Notes: generated by a model not told the origin, from the letters alone. DNA of 63,169 nucleotides, filler included, from 8 parts of 8 records of this genome joined end to end with filler, not necessarily neighbours in it, one strand, 5' to 3'. Shown: positions 23,792-37,454, counted from the first letter of the whole stretch. Translations and numbers: made by a program.

Positions 23792-26700
23792 ATCGTCAGA
23801 GCCAGGCCAGTGGACAGCGACGAGTGCAGTGCAATGCTTGACTGGGTCATCAAAACTATGCTTGACAGTAAACGAGACGGTGCAGTGATGCGTAGATGGC
23901 AACGGGGTGCGCAGCTTCTAGTTGATTCACATGCAGACGTGAATGCACCAATAGCGGATAAAGGTTACAGCAGCTTGTTCCACTTCGCAGTCCAAAGCAC
24001 GGCAACTTGTCGGCCATTCTGTTTGCAGCTACTTCTAGATGCTGGTGCGTCAGTCAGCTGCGGACGCCACGTCAACCAATATTCAGACTTGGATTGGTGT
24101 CGTTCATTCTGTAAAATGACCCGAGGACACAGCATAAGCTCCCCGTTGATTTATAAAGCTATGGAGAACAGCAGCGTTGAGTTGGCTGCGATGGACCAGA
24201 ACAGTGCGTCAATGGCGCTATCAGAGTGTATTCGCTTCAGACACTTTGACTTCTTCAGATTTCTACTTTCGGTACTTCCACCTGATGTTGCCTCAGCATT
24301 CCAGCCCACCAACGAGGAGGTCAAGCACGTGACAGAGCTTGGGGAAATTGAAGTTTTAGAGACACTGCGAATTAAGCTATCGTCGTTCCCAGTTCTTTCC
24401 TGGAGCGCAGACGAGGTTGTAATTGAACAACTAATCGCAGCCAAAGCCGACGCCAATGCAACCGACAGAAACGGTAATAGAGCGATCCATGTGGCGATCC
24501 ATGTTCACACAGAAGCAGGCCGTATGGAACTTGTTGAAGTGCTGCTCAGAAACCGAGCAAACCTGAATGTCAAACGTAGCAAAGATGGGATGACTGCGCT
24601 GCATATTGCATGCCAGCGTGACCGGAAACCGCTTGCTGAGCTGCTGGTTGCTAGCAAAGCCGACCTGTCAGTGTGCAATGCTCGAGGCAAAGACGCACTT
24701 GCCTTCGCAGAGAAAGAGCACCGTACACTCTTGCAAGAGATTTCAAACAGGATGTTAGACCAATGTTCGACTTCTCCCAAAGACGAGCAAGATGTCCAGC
24801 CGAAGAGACGGACTCCGAAACCACAAAAGCTGATGCCACGGGTTCAGCCTGTGTTTACGCATGTGCCACGGTCTCCATCGAAGACATCGCCAAGCATATC
24901 GCTGCCCGAGATTATTCATTCCAAAATTTCGCTCATACAGGGATGTGTCGCCACTTTCGATGACCGTACTGTCCAAGCCGCATTGGCCTGCGAAGAGAAC
25001 GCTTGTCCACTTTGCAGCTTCAGTCTGGAGCTTTGCGTGTGCAGCGAGACCCACCGCGCAAAACGCAATGCAAGATGGAATCAAGTGCACTACGACTCTG
25101 CAACGTGCTCGGACTTGGAAAAGAGCGCCCTCCTATGCAGGATCATTGCGGTTCGTCGCCAGAAGCGGCAAGCGCTATACCAACCTAGTGCCATTAGTGA
25201 GCATCGCCCTCAGGAGGGCAACACGGAGATCAAATCCCTGGACGCATCCACCACCAAGCATGGAGAGGCAAAATCCGATATTCATTGCGCAGAACCTGGC
25301 GCTGTTGCTGAGACTCAGCAGATAACGATGTGCACTTCAGACGAGGAGATATCAAAAGAGGCAGCAAACGTCATGCAAGAAGACGAGTACGACCCGGCAG
25401 AAATATCACTCGACGGGCTGAACTGGGAGGTAGTAGTCTCGGCGCAAGCAAAGGATCAGTTGTGGTCTATGGAAGTACAGATGCAACGAACCATCATTCG
25501 ACACATCAGAGACCTCGCTAGTGGCTACTGGAGCCGAAAGTCGTCCGCAAAGCGTATTGAAGGCGTCTCTCCTTCTCTGAAGTTATACGAAACTAAACTA
25601 ACCAAAGGAGCTCGAATGCTCTGGGAGCAGTCGATCGGATTCAGTGGAAGGATGCATATGTACACAGATATAATCCGAATCTGGGCCATAGAGACGAACC
25701 ACGACAAGGTGCCTCGTCGAATCGCATACATCAGCGAGTCACACGCCAGAGGCCTCGATTCTGCTGTAAAGCGGCGTTTGCAGCCGTGTGCCTCGGCAAA
25801 TTACACAGATAGCGATGGTACTAGAGTTCGATTGCCTCGACGTTATCAATTGAACGAGAAGACTCTATCAGATGAAAACATGGAAGGTGCAGCTTCGGAA
25901 TCTTCAGATGACCAGAGCCACGCCGAAGATGCAGTGGTCTTCACCCCACCGGCCGAGGCCACAGCCAGGTTCATACTGATTGAGGTTCTGTGCTAAGACT
26001 TTTGGCTTGCAGGAACAAGTTCACGATTCTCAAGTTCTACGCGATGTCTGCTTCTTTCGTTCGGGCGATACTGACTTCGGCGCTGCGCCAAAGGCTCGGA
26101 GCCCCTGAAGCCTTTCCTTTCTGCACGGACGAAACCGAGGATTTCTTCATTAATCTTGCGCCTAGCCCGCCGCAGTCCATCATTATCATTGGCCGTTCCG
26201 GCACAGGGAAAACCACTGTCGCAGTTCAAAGAATGTGGGCCCAACATCAGTTCGTCAAAAGCCATCAAGATGCACCCGACTTCTCCCAGGTGTTCGTTAC
26301 GTGCAATCGTGTCCTCAAGGATCAGGTAGAGCGTAGTTTTAGAAGCCTCCTTGCGGGGGACTCGAATGCAGAGTCACAGAATGGGCCTGCCTTTTTGAAC
26401 AGCACCGAATGGTTGCAAATGCTAGATCGTGAGTTACCAGGCGACGCTTTCTTTGACTCGAAGGATTTGTCAGCCACGTGGACGTGGCATAGCGATGGCG
26501 AAATGCTCGACGCTATTACCTTAGATGATGAGAGCGACGAGGACGACGATGATGCTGTATGCGGGCCATCAACTCTGAGTTCACCTAGAGACAAGACTGG
26601 TTCCGCTTCTGAACTTCAGCGCCAGGTGACATTCTCGTTCTTTATGGAAAAGATGTGGCCAATAATGACCCGAATGTCTGGAGGCGCATACGCTAAGTAT

Positions 26701-29700
26701 AACCCGGCTGCTGTATTTGTGGAGATATTTAGCTACATCAAAGGGCACTTTAAAAGCATCGAGAGCGGCCACCTGACAGAGCATGAGTATCAGGAACTTG
26801 GCCGCAAGATAGCTGGGAACTTCGCTGGATCCAAGGATTCGTCGCACGAGTATCTGCCTGAATTTAATCGACACGACGTGTACCAACTATACATGATATA
26901 TGAGAAAATTAAGCGGGACTGGGGCTGTTACGATATAGCAGATGCAGTGCACAACCTTCATCAGCGGCTGAAGACTCATGGTTATCCTGGTAAACCAATA
27001 CACTCTATTGTGGTAGATGAGGTCCAAGACTTTACTCAGAACGAGCTCCAACTCTTCATCGCCGTATGCGAAGACCCAAATGGTCTATTTATGACCGGCG
27101 ATACATGTCAGTGCATTGCGCATGGCGTAGGCTTCCGATTTCAGGATTTGAGGTCGTTGTTCTACTATGAGAGTGAGCGGTCCAACGGCGAGGTGAAGGT
27201 TCCAAAAGTCCACCAGCTCTCAACCAACTATCGCACACACAGTGGCATCTTAGACGTGGCGAATGCCATTGTTGGTATCCTATCAGCATATTTCAAGGAC
27301 ACCATCGATGTTGACATGCACTCGAAGGAAGTTGCACACTTTCATGGTCCCAAACCACTCTTACTGACCGAGAGTACCACCGAAGAGCTCTGCTGCTTGC
27401 TTGCAGGCAGCGCAGCAACAGATGAAGAAAAGGGAACCATCGAATTCGGTGCTCATCAAGCGATTATTGTTCGAAACCAACAGGCAAAGGAAAACCTGCC
27501 TATTGAATTTCGTGGTGCACTCTGCCTCACCACGAATGAGGCAAAAGGACTAGAGTTTGATGATGGTGCGCCAAGCCCTGTTGTCAATGTGCAATTCTTA
27601 TCCGGTTTGGTGATTTTAAGGCTAATCTTTGTGTGTGCAGTTATCCTCTACAACTTCTTCCAAGATTCTGGTGCACGTAAAGATGACTGGCGTTGTCTGG
27701 TGCAATACCAGTTGGACAACCACGAGAACAGCCCCGAGACTTGCACTACGCTCGAAGAAATGCGACCATTGCGATTCAAGCGAGCAGAGCACATGGTGCT
27801 GAATGACGAACTCAAGCACTTGTACGTGGGCATCACGCGAGCCCGAGTCAGAGTCGTGATGTATGACGATGCGGTGAAAACCAGAGAACCGTTTTGGTTC
27901 TTTCTGACTTCCTGTGGTCTTGCGGAACCATTATCAGTCATGTCTCTTGACTCTCATGCAGCGCAATCTGAAGGTGGAATGGATGCACTAGCGGTGAAGA
28001 GTACCCCTGAAGAGTGGCAAGCGCGAGGCAATACTTTGCTTGACAACGGAGTCTTCCATATTGCCGCTCAATGCTTCGATAAATCTGGTGACTATCGGCT
28101 CCGTGACAAAGCTCAAGGCTTTAGGCTCTACCAGCGGGCTAGGCAGTGTCAGCACCCTGAGTCGGACCAGCTGTTCTTAGAGGCAGGTTCAAAACTCTTG
28201 GAAGCCTGCGAGTTCGAAAACAGCGCCAAGTGCCTCTATCAATGCGAGGAATATTCGCTTGCTGCCCAGATATTTGCTCTTTGTGGAAGCTTGAAGCTCT
28301 CAAGCAAAGCCCATCTTCGAAATGGCGATCGGCATAATGCTGCAAAGTGTCTAGAGACCGGGGGCGTACTTGATGCAGCCTTATCCCTCTATGATCAAAA
28401 CGCAGACTTTCATGAGTGTGTGCGGCTTATCAATGACAATCCCGGCTGGAGCCCGACTGGCTCACGGAATCGTGACCACTACTGTGCGCTCTGGGCAAAG
28501 AAGGCAGCACAAGATGGGAAGCACTCTGAGGCCGAGCAAGCAATCCGAATGCTGTCAACTCAGACTACCAGATTAAGGCTCTGGCGCAGTCTTGGATACA
28601 CAGATGCATTGCTAGCTGAGTTGAAGGAAAGTGGCCAACTTGCTGAAGCAGCCAATTTTTTAGCTTCTAAAGAGATGTGGCTAGAAGCAGCAGAATTGCT
28701 AAGCCCAACCTTAGGAGAAATCTCAAAGCTCTGCACTGACCTGGCAGAAGGAAAATGGCCTGCTTCTGTGCCCCAGCCCAACTTGGCAAATGCGCACCCG
28801 TACAACTTGCTTTACTCAAAGCTGATTGTGAAGCACGTCTATTCTGCGTCCTCGACCTTGTCTGTAGACCAGATGCACGAGCTTCTTATCCGGGCTTGTG
28901 CGGTTCTCTATGTTCCAGGTCTGAGTGGGCAGGAAGTAGAGCTACAGAAGAGCTCCGTTCAGCTCATGCTAGCTCGACTCTGCCGAGAGCTTGACGCATG
29001 CAAAGAGGCAGCAGAGTCTCTCAAGGACCTAGCCCTCGGACATGCTCTTTGCATTGCTGAGGTGCTAGAAGTTACAGCCAGCACGCTCTTTGAGAAGGCA
29101 GCTTGTGCAAGCACTCAAGCTGTGGTTGCGGTGCTTGAGGATGTCATCAGGGGAGTAGACATATTTCTGGAATATTCCAAGCCTGATCTCGAGGAGCAAC
29201 GCTTCTTTGATGCATTGAGGTTTTATCAGGTGGAACGAGGGCTTGGGGGTCGCTTGTCATTTACAGTGCTAAATGTGTTACTCTGTGCGGACTTGTATCA
29301 AGAATGGGATATAATTGAAGTGACTGAGCTCACACGAAACGTCGATGTTACTATGCTGGAGCAAAAGACCTCGTCGAAAAAAGTGGGCGAGCCAAATTTG
29401 GTAGACGAGGCTTCTTTTCGGGCAGCGCTTAGGCTCTTTGCCAGGAAAAAGTGCCTGAGGTTGATTCAGGTTGCTATGGCTCTCGTGAAATCCCTCACAG
29501 AGCAAGAGGGGGCTGGAAATGAGGAAGGCTGTCTCATGCTCATGAAAATCCGAGTGGTGCAGCTCAGTTTACAAGCTGCATACGTATCGCTCCGCCAGCT
29601 CTCGCTGCCACAGCAGCCGCCTCAGCCAGGCAACAAGAAGCCAGGTAAGAAGAAGCAAATCGTGACAACTCTCTTTGAGAGTCCGCAGCAAGGACAGCGG

Positions 29701-31749
29701 CGCTTCGAAGAAATGTTGACCTCCTTGCTGCTCATGTTGTGCCCAGTGTTCGCGAGCACATCTGATATCGCAATGAGTCAAAGGTTTAAGGCAGAGTTGC
29801 CGGCTTCGTTGCTAACTTCGCTGGAATCCAGTGTTCGATCAGGGTGGCAGCAATACAAGCAAAAGTCAAAGCGCGAGGTGCGTTCAAACTCGTTCATCCT
29901 TCTACTTGTCCGATCTGCTCATGTTTTTGGTGAAGGACTTCTGTCAGGGCTTAGTCGCCGGGGGCTTTCGAATAATGTCAAGGTGGCTCTGAATGTAGCA
30001 CTATCCGAAGCCCAATCCAATGCCTTGAGGTTGAGCGAGAACTGCCATGCTTTCATCAGTACTGTTCAGCCCACTGCACTAAATTCTTCTGATCTCGCTG
30101 AGCTGCTCGAAAAAGTAGCCATTGTGTCTCTTGCTGCCCTGGCAACTCTGGCAAGTCGGAGATCGTACGAGGGCTTCCGCTTGATCCTCACCCGCAGGCT
30201 ACTCGACAGGTATTTTGTAACGACCAGTCTATTGACTGACGGCGTTCTGATGCAATCAGTAGAGACGCTTCTAAGGCAGACCCGCTTTGTGTGCTGGTGC
30301 TTTGCGAGGCTGGGTGAGCACAATTCATATAGAAACAAGGAGGGTATGGCGAATAGCGAAATTTGGCGAAGCACTTATATCACGCTGTTAGTTATATTTG
30401 TCCTCAATCATGCCACCAAGCGCATACAGATAGAGCCAGAGCCTCTCGTTGGCGTGCTGCTTCACGAACTGCATTGCTTGGACGGAAAGCTCTTTTCAAG
30501 CTGTGCTCCCACCGGTAGGTTTGTAGCCGTCTACGATAGTCCCAGACATCCCACCGGCCTGCTAACAGCCTGCAATGCCTTCGTCAGTAAAGGGTTGCTG
30601 GCGAGCGAAATGATTGAGGTTCGCACGGTGTGCCAACCTTCAAAGAACCGAGATGCTCAGGTGGAGCTGTGCAATATTACTTGGGACGACGAGGTCTTTG
30701 TGCCATTGACTAGTACCAAAGGATCCGCTATCCAACTTGGAGACTGGGCAAATGACTTGACACTACAGCTTGAGCAGCGCCGGCTGCAGCAAGCGGAACA
30801 GACCGACGCTGCCTCTATGATACAGAGGCAGTGGCGGGCTTTCAGGGGGCGCCGATCCTGGAGACGTGTCCAAGCGGCTGAGCAGATCCAATCATTGTTC
30901 CGCGCACGCCAGGCAGCCAAACGGCAACTGAACACCACATCATCGCTTCAAACCAATCACTTTTCTTCACAGTTCCTACCGCAGCTTGCAGCCAGCCCTG
31001 TGCACGAAAGGAAAATGACAGAACGACAGATGCAGCAAGATTGTTGGCAGCAAGCGTTCAACGAAGCAGTGAGTTGGCTGAATCCCCCAAACCTTGGCAC
31101 AGGCATTCCAAGCTGGCACGACTGGCGCTGCTCTGTTTGCGGCAACCATTGTGTGACAGACTCTACCCAGATGTATGCTGCAGCCCATGCTGCGGCCCAT
31201 GCTCGGATCAACAACCTTCAAGAGTATTACACCAGACAAGTCTGCTCAGTTTATGCCACAATATGCACAATGGAGCTCAAGCTGAAGCAGTTCGCCCTCT
31301 CCGAAGGCATGGCCGTGCAGCGCGAGTTCAATCTACAGACATTGCACACCATGAAGCAAGGGCTTCAAGGAGAAATTGCCCGGGTGCTTCAGTACAGGCT
31401 GTGGGACCTCCAGCAAAGCCAGCTGGCGGCCTTGGTGACATCATTGAGCAAAGAATTGCACGCCCTGGCTGATTGGTCAGAGATGGCAGAGGCTCATTCC
31501 GACCAGCATCAGCCCCACCAGGCTCACGAGCCTTCGGAGATGGAGCATGTCATGAGTCAAGTAGAGAGCGTGTTGGATGTGGATGAGGACGTCAGCTTGG
31601 ACATTCGTAGTGGCCCAGCCACGAGGTATCGGCGCTTCAACAAAGGTTCGAAAGCCAGGCGCAACGCGTCTGGCCACCATGTCGAGCCGCGTGTTCAATC
31701 GCATTCTGGTGCTCGTAAGGCCCGTAACAAGCGGAAGAATCATATGTAG
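23792..31749 (+). CDS. TRANK1-like protein: ankyrin repeats, RelE/ParE-like domain, UvrD/SF1 helicase, TPR-like region and IQ motifs; 5' end possibly truncated
   Basis: Ankyrin (DGMTALHIAC, GNRAIHVAI). SF1 motifs IGRSGTGKTT, VVDEVQDFT, TGDTCQCI, LSTNYRTH, EAKGLEFDD and ELKHLYVGITRAR. IQ motifs IQRQWRAFRGRR and IQSLFRARQA. Introns at 25969-26012 and 27566-27640 (75 nt, in frame). Confidence 0.85.
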
Positions 31750-31824
31750 AGCGCATTGGAAATGCTATGTGGTGGGGGCTGACCGACTTTAACAAATGTA
31801 ATCACACTGTAGAGCGCATTGGAA
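31745..31824 (+). repeat. 17-bp direct repeat overlapping the stop codon
   Basis: TGTAGAGCGCATTGGAA at 31745-31761 and 31808-31824. Confidence 0.8.
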
Positions 31825-32008
31825 TCATGTGTAATTACATGCGAGTTTCAAAATTCCATGGCCAAGATATAGATGCATAATTATAGACGTAAGCTTACAA
31901 CATTAAACTTGACATGTATTAAAAACATGTCGCGATGTATGATTGATCAGACTGTCTTGGTACTGTTTTCGGTCCTTGGCTACGACGTTCAACTTCAGTT
32001 TCATGTAT

Positions 32009-33088
32009 TCATATTAATGTATTCACATCCGAGCGCAGCTGCCCAACCCCACCCTTGTACTTGCCCCAAATCTCCGCGTCGCTTTCCGTGCTGGCCATTG
32101 CACGCAACGCCGCTGCTGCTGTGTCTCCCCCGTCGCCACCCTCCTCCTCGAACCAAACCTGCACTCGCACCTCCAGGCTCGTGCGAGCGGGCGTGTCCGG
32201 TCCTGGTTCGGTAGGGATGCCCGGCACCGGGAACGACGTGTGCGGGATGCCACTGGTTCCGTAGAATGGACGGTCGCCTCCATTGCCGCCACCATCCCGC
32301 CCGTCGTACTGGCGAAATAGCAGGACTTCGTCGGACGTTGACAGCGGGAAGTACCACCACCGGTGCTCCGGGTGTGGCAGGACGTTGTGGATTATGTTCC
32401 AGTTCTCACGGCTCGTGCGCTCGACCAAGTCGCGCGACTGGTCCACGCTGGCAAGTTCGCAGAAGGCCATGGGCCACTGTCGCACCGGCTGCTCCGTGTC
32501 CAAGTTGCGCCATAGGTTGAAAATGCAAAAAGAGCGAGGGCGCGGCAGGCCGAACCGCCGCCCGAGCGCCGCGGTCTCGAGGACGTCTGGGGATCTGTCG
32601 GTATAATCGGTGTGCACGTCGTTGACGACGCCGGTGGGGGTGAAGTCCGGCCGGGTGTGCTCCCCCACTACTTCCGTGGACCGCAGCGTGTAGTGGAAAG
32701 CCTTCGCATACAGCGCACCCGGCAGTGCCCTCAGCACCAGGCGCTCCACCTGCGCGTAGTGCCGCCTGCGCAGCTGGTCGTCTGTTGGCATCCCAAACAA
32801 GTCCGCCCCGGTCCACGCCCGGTGTTCCGCCTCGCCGAGTTGCAGCAGCGCAAACCCAAAGTCCTCCACTGCGCCGGTCGCCGTCTCGGTCGGCGGAATG
32901 ACGAGGCTGCGCGCGCCAGGCGACGTGGCGGCGCGGGCGTCCGAGATGCTGACAGGAACCAGGAGCGAGTCCCGGCGGTGTCCTCCCTGCGAACCACTGA
33001 CGCACGCGCCCGCGTACTGCTCGCTGCGGAATCGCTCATCCAGGTACCGGAGGGAGCAAGCCACGGAGACATCCACGGCCGGCTCCAT
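32009..33088 (-). CDS. CmcJ/NvfI/AsaB-family oxidoreductase (2OG-Fe(II)-type)
   Basis: Family motifs VHTDYT, IFNLWR, WPMAFC, HRWWYFP..DEVLLFRQYD, IPHTSF and RTSLEVR. Intronless. Confidence 0.8.
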   Translation of the reverse strand: MEPAVDVSVACSLRYLDERFRSEQYAGACVSGSQGGHRRDSLLVPVSISDARAATSPGARSLVIPPTETATGAVEDFGFALLQLGEAEHRAWTGADLFGMPTDDQLRRRHYAQVERLVLRALPGALYAKAFHYTLRSTEVVGEHTRPDFTPTGVVNDVHTDYTDRSPDVLETAALGRRFGLPRPRSFCIFNLWRNLDTEQPVRQWPMAFCELASVDQSRDLVERTSRENWNIIHNVLPHPEHRWWYFPLSTSDEVLLFRQYDGRDGGGNGGDRPFYGTSGIPHTSFPVPGIPTEPGPDTPARTSLEVRVQVWFEEEGGDGGDTAAAALRAMASTESDAEIWGKYKGGVGQLRSDVNTLI

Positions 33089-33160
33089 CTGTTCACGTTT
33101 GTCTCTCTCTTGATCCCAACGCTAACCGCAGTCCAGGAGCAGCCTCGGGTCCACACCAGC

Positions 33161-35111
33161 ATGGCACTCAGTCCAAGAGCACCTCTGCTGCTGCTGCTCT
33201 GGTTGGGGTTGGCGGCTGGATCTGGGCAGTGCGGGCCGCTCGAGTCGGGCCACTGCGAGCCTGGGGGCGCCTACAGCAAGAGCACGGAGCAGAGCCCGAC
33301 TGCGTGCTGCCTGCGGTGCCTGCAGGACGCCCAGTGTATGTCGTTCGTGTACAACAACAAGCAGCGGCAAGACAACTGCCACCTCAAGCACACCGCAGTC
33401 CGTCCTGGCGCACTCAAACCGGGCGACTGCGTCGTCGGCTCCGCGCGGCCGGTCGGCAAACGTAGCCCCCATGCGCGGCCCGCCAGCGTCGAGCTCTGGA
33501 TGCAGGCAATCTCCTCTACATCGTGGTCGACGATTTGAGAAATGAGCTCGGGTTCACCAACAAGCGGACCGGGCTGAGCACCCCCCACATTGACGGGCTG
33601 GCCCGGACTGGGATGGTTTTCTCGCGCGCCTACATCCAGCAGGTTTGAATAGCGTCTCAGTTGATTCTCGCGTAACCACCCTGTCAGGGCGTGTGCTCAC
33701 CTTCGCGAAACTCGTTCCTCAGCGGTCGGCGGCCGGACACTACCAAGATATGGAACTTCCAGCAGAGCTTCCGGGACTACTTGGGTGACAGCGCATCGTC
33801 CTGGCCGGGGGTAAGTGCAGCTGCGGAGCCGCTGTGCGACCGATTGGCTCACGAGCTCTGGGATGCAGGCTTTCAAGAATTCCGGATTTGTCTCGACTGG
33901 GATGGGCAAAGTATATCATCCAGGGCATCCGCCGCAGGACGACGGCGCCCTCTCGTGGAGCCTGGACTGGGCCGCGTACTATCATCCTTCGGGTTTCGAA
34001 AACCAGATCTCCAACGCACCGGACGCCAAGTTTCAGGATGGGATGATCACTGACGTGGCCATCCAGAGGCTGCAGCGGCTAGCCAAGGCACGCAGCGGGG
34101 CCCAAAGTCCATTCTTCATGGCCGTCGGACTGCACAAGGTGACGGCCCTGTCCTGTGGCCACTGATCCGGGGCTGCAGCCACACATTCCTTGGGTGATGC
34201 CAGAGCGATTTCTGGACGCACAGCTGCCGCTCAATCAGACGGATACGGCGCTGCACGACACACCTCCGACAGGCTACTGCAACGTCTCCCTATATACGTG
34301 TGACAATCTATACAAGGGGCTTCCTTGGGAGCCAGCAAGTAAGAGCGACCAGCAGGACCACCGAAGGAAGTATCGGGCCGCAACGAGCTGGACCGATTTC
34401 AATGTGGGCCGGTTGATCCAGACACTTCGAGAGGTCGGACTGGAGAATGATACGGCCATCATTTTTCACGGAGACCACGGCTGGCACCTTGGAGAGCAAG
34501 GGGGCTGGTGCAAACAAAGCAACTTTGATTTGGTGGCCCGAGTGCCTCTGATTGTCTCTGTGCCCTGGCTGCCTCAGTCACATGGCAAGAGCTCAGACGC
34601 ACTGGTGGAGATAGTGGATTTATTTCCGACCTCTCTCGAGTTATTCAATCTTACAACCCATGATGCGGGTCAGCTCGAAGGTACTTCATTCGCTGCCTTG
34701 TTGCAGGACCCAGAGATTGGAGCGAATGCATGGAAAAATGCAACCTTTACGCAGTACCCTCGGTGCAAGTCCAGTGCCAATGGCGAGGAGCCTTGGCTGT
34801 ACCCGTCTGATAATGCTTGCACTGCCGTGGCATCAGATAAATTTGATGCGATGGGCTACTCGGTGCGGACAGACAAGTACAGGTACACGCTCTGGCTGAA
34901 GTGGGACGGGGGAAAGAAGGCAATTCTGGGGTGGGATGCTGTGGTGGGCGAAGAGCTATATGACCATACAGGAGATGATGGCATGGACACGGATCGGTAC
35001 GACAATGAGAATCTCGGATGCGATGGCAAGTGGGCGGACGTGTGTGCTTTGCATAAACAAGCACTGATTGCTGGATGGAAGGCTGCTGTCCCGAAATCTA
35101 AAACGATCTAG
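33161..35111 (+). CDS. Secreted S1 sulfatase (iduronate-2-sulfatase-like) with an N-terminal PAN/apple-like domain
   Basis: Signal peptide and PAN-like CCLRCLQDAQCMSFVY..NCHLK. After splicing: NLLYIVVDDLR, CSPSRNSFLSGR (FGly motif), GMGKVYH, VGLHKPHIPW, HGDHGWHLGE and ELYDH. Four short GT-AG introns. Confidence 0.9.
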
Positions 35112-35192
35112 AGTTATTCCAGAGTACCTGAGTGTCGAGTGGCTCAGCTCTAGCTTGTCGGGATCGCTGTCGGTGCAACTGTACATCGATCA

Positions 35193-35292
35193 NNNNNNNN
35201 NNNNNNNNNNNNNNNNNNNNNNNNNNNNNNNNNNNNTTAATTAATTAANNNNNNNNNNNNNNNNNNNNNNNNNNNNNNNNNNNNNNNNNNNN
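35193..35292. other. Artificial contig linker
   Basis: N44-TTAATTAATTAA-N44. Confidence 0.98.
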
Positions 35293-35297
35293 TCAGC

Positions 35298-37110
35298 ATG
35301 GTGAAGCTGGACGTGAGCAAGCTGCGGTACATGTCGCGGGACCACTTCCGGGTGCTGACCGCGATCGAGATCGGGATGAAGAACCACGAGATCGTGCCGG
35401 TCGCCCTGATCGACCGGATCGCCGGGCTGGCGCACGGCGGGGCCCGCCGATACATCGGGCACCTTCTCCGAGACAAACTGGTGGCGCACGACTCAAAGAA
35501 ATATGACGGGTACTACCTGACTTACCGGGGGTACGACCACTTGGCTCTCCGGGCGTTTGTCAGCCGGGGTCTGGTGGCCGGGATGGGCCGGCAGATCGGG
35601 TGCGGGAAGGAGTCCGACGTGTTCGAGGTGGTGGACGACGAGGGCCGGCTGTTCGCGCTCAAGCTACACCGGCTGGGCCGCACCTCCTTCCGGGCGGTCA
35701 AAAGCAAGCGCGACTACACCAAGAGCGGGCGGAAGCCCAGCAACTGGCTGTACCTGTCTCGGCTAGCGGCGCTCAAAGAATATTCGTACATGAAGGCGCT
35801 GCACCAGAACGGGTTCACCGTGCCAATCCCAGTGGACGCCAACCGGCACGCGGTGCTGATGGAGCTGGTGAACGGGATTCCTCTCAACAATGTAGTCGGC
35901 GTGCCGGATCCGCTCAGGCTGTACCGTGAGCTGCAGGAGGTGCTGTTCAGACTGGCCAGGGTGGGGCTGGTGCACTGCGACTTCAACGAGTTCAACATCA
36001 TGATGCACGAGGACGGCGAATCGTTCACCGTGATTGATTTCCCGCAGGCATGCCGCTGCCTCCTCCGGCACACTGAGTGCTGTTGGGCAGATTGTGAGCA
36101 CGAGCCACCTCAACGCAGGCGAACTGTTTATGCGGGACGTGCACGTGAGCGCTCCGAACACTGGGCCCGGCTGAGGGCGCGGCAGAGCTTGCACGATTAC
36201 TTTAGCCGCAAGTTCAACCTGGATCTGCCTCTGCTCGCGCTCGAGGAGGCGTTGCCGGAGCTTGATCACGAGAACGAGGTCGGGCGAGCGCCCTGGCTGT
36301 GATTCATATCCGGCACAGGTGAGCCTGGACAAGGAGCTCAAGTCGAGCGGATTTAGCGCCGACCAGCAGCAAGAGTTCAATGATGAGATCATGGCGGTCC
36401 TCGAGAGCAGTCGAGCTGCAGACGAGCAGGAGGAGTCGGAGGACTCGGATACCGACCTCGACAGTGACGAAGAGGACGAGGAGGACGAGGAGCAGCTGGT
36501 CGAGCAGCTGGGCGCCGCCCCGGAGGAACCAGAGCTCGATGACGGGGCCGCTGCGCTCCTGGCGGAATTCGAGCAAGCAATGCACGAGTGCGAGCGAGAG
36601 AGGTGCGCGCCCCTGGTGCTGCTCCTCGACTCAACCTGCAGCTGGGCAGGTCTTCGGAGGCTGAGGAGGCAGCTGCAGCTGTGGCGAGCAAGATGGTGGT
36701 CCCAGAGGAGCAGGCCGGGAGCCCACCCAGGTCGCCGATACTAGAGAGCGTGGACAGAAGGTCGGGCTGCTCAGGGCTGTCAGCGCTGAGAGGGGATGAC
36801 AGGCTCAACCCTCAGGGGGCCATAAATCGGGCGATTGGCTCCGACGTTGATGCGGCAAGGCAGCGTGCACAGGTGCTAGTGCAGGCTGAGTCTGGTTGCT
36901 GAATGGCCATGCCTGCAGGAAGTGGCACAGGCCAAGGCGGCCAAGCAAGCCATGAGTAAGGCCAAGCACGAGCAGCACGTGAGACACCGAGTCAGGAAGT
37001 CGCTAGCATCCAAGAATGCATCAAGTGGAGGAAGCAGAAATCGGAACAAGCTCAAGGGGCGCGAAAAGAAGAAGGCAGTGTCAGTTGAAATTGATCCGTT
37101 CTGGGGCTGA
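35298..37110 (+). CDS. RIO2: Serine/threonine kinase RIO2
   Basis: MVKLDVSKLRYMSRDHFRVLTAIEIGMKNHEIVP winged helix, IGCGKESDV, KLHRLGRTSFR, HCDFNEFN and IDFPQ|IVSTSH (GC-AG intron). Acidic then basic C-terminal exons run to TGA at 37110. Confidence 0.95.
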
Positions 37111-37454
37111 TTGTCGTTTCATGCAAATGCATGTATGCTAGCTAGTAACTGTCAACTGCAATGTCCCACCAATCCTGGGCAACATGTACAGTAGGCAACA
37201 TGTGTTTTGAGAACAATTTTACAAGTGAATTAATTATTTACTTAGGACATGGGCAGATTTGCTGAGGCCGTAGTCCATGAAATCTTATTACTCGTACAAG
37301 TAATTTATTTTTACAATGTCATGATTGTAATGCACAACTAATCATGATCATACTCGTACATGTACTAATCAGAAATGCTATAAAACTGCAAGCTTGCCAA
37401 ATTGAGCATAATTGAGCACTACCGAATCGCAACGACACCGGGGCCTTCTGTTGC

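Noticed and set aside
27566-27640. Longer (75-nt) TRANK1 intron as a snoRNA host
   Set aside because: No C/D or H/ACA boxes were found, and it is too short for a two-hairpin RNA.
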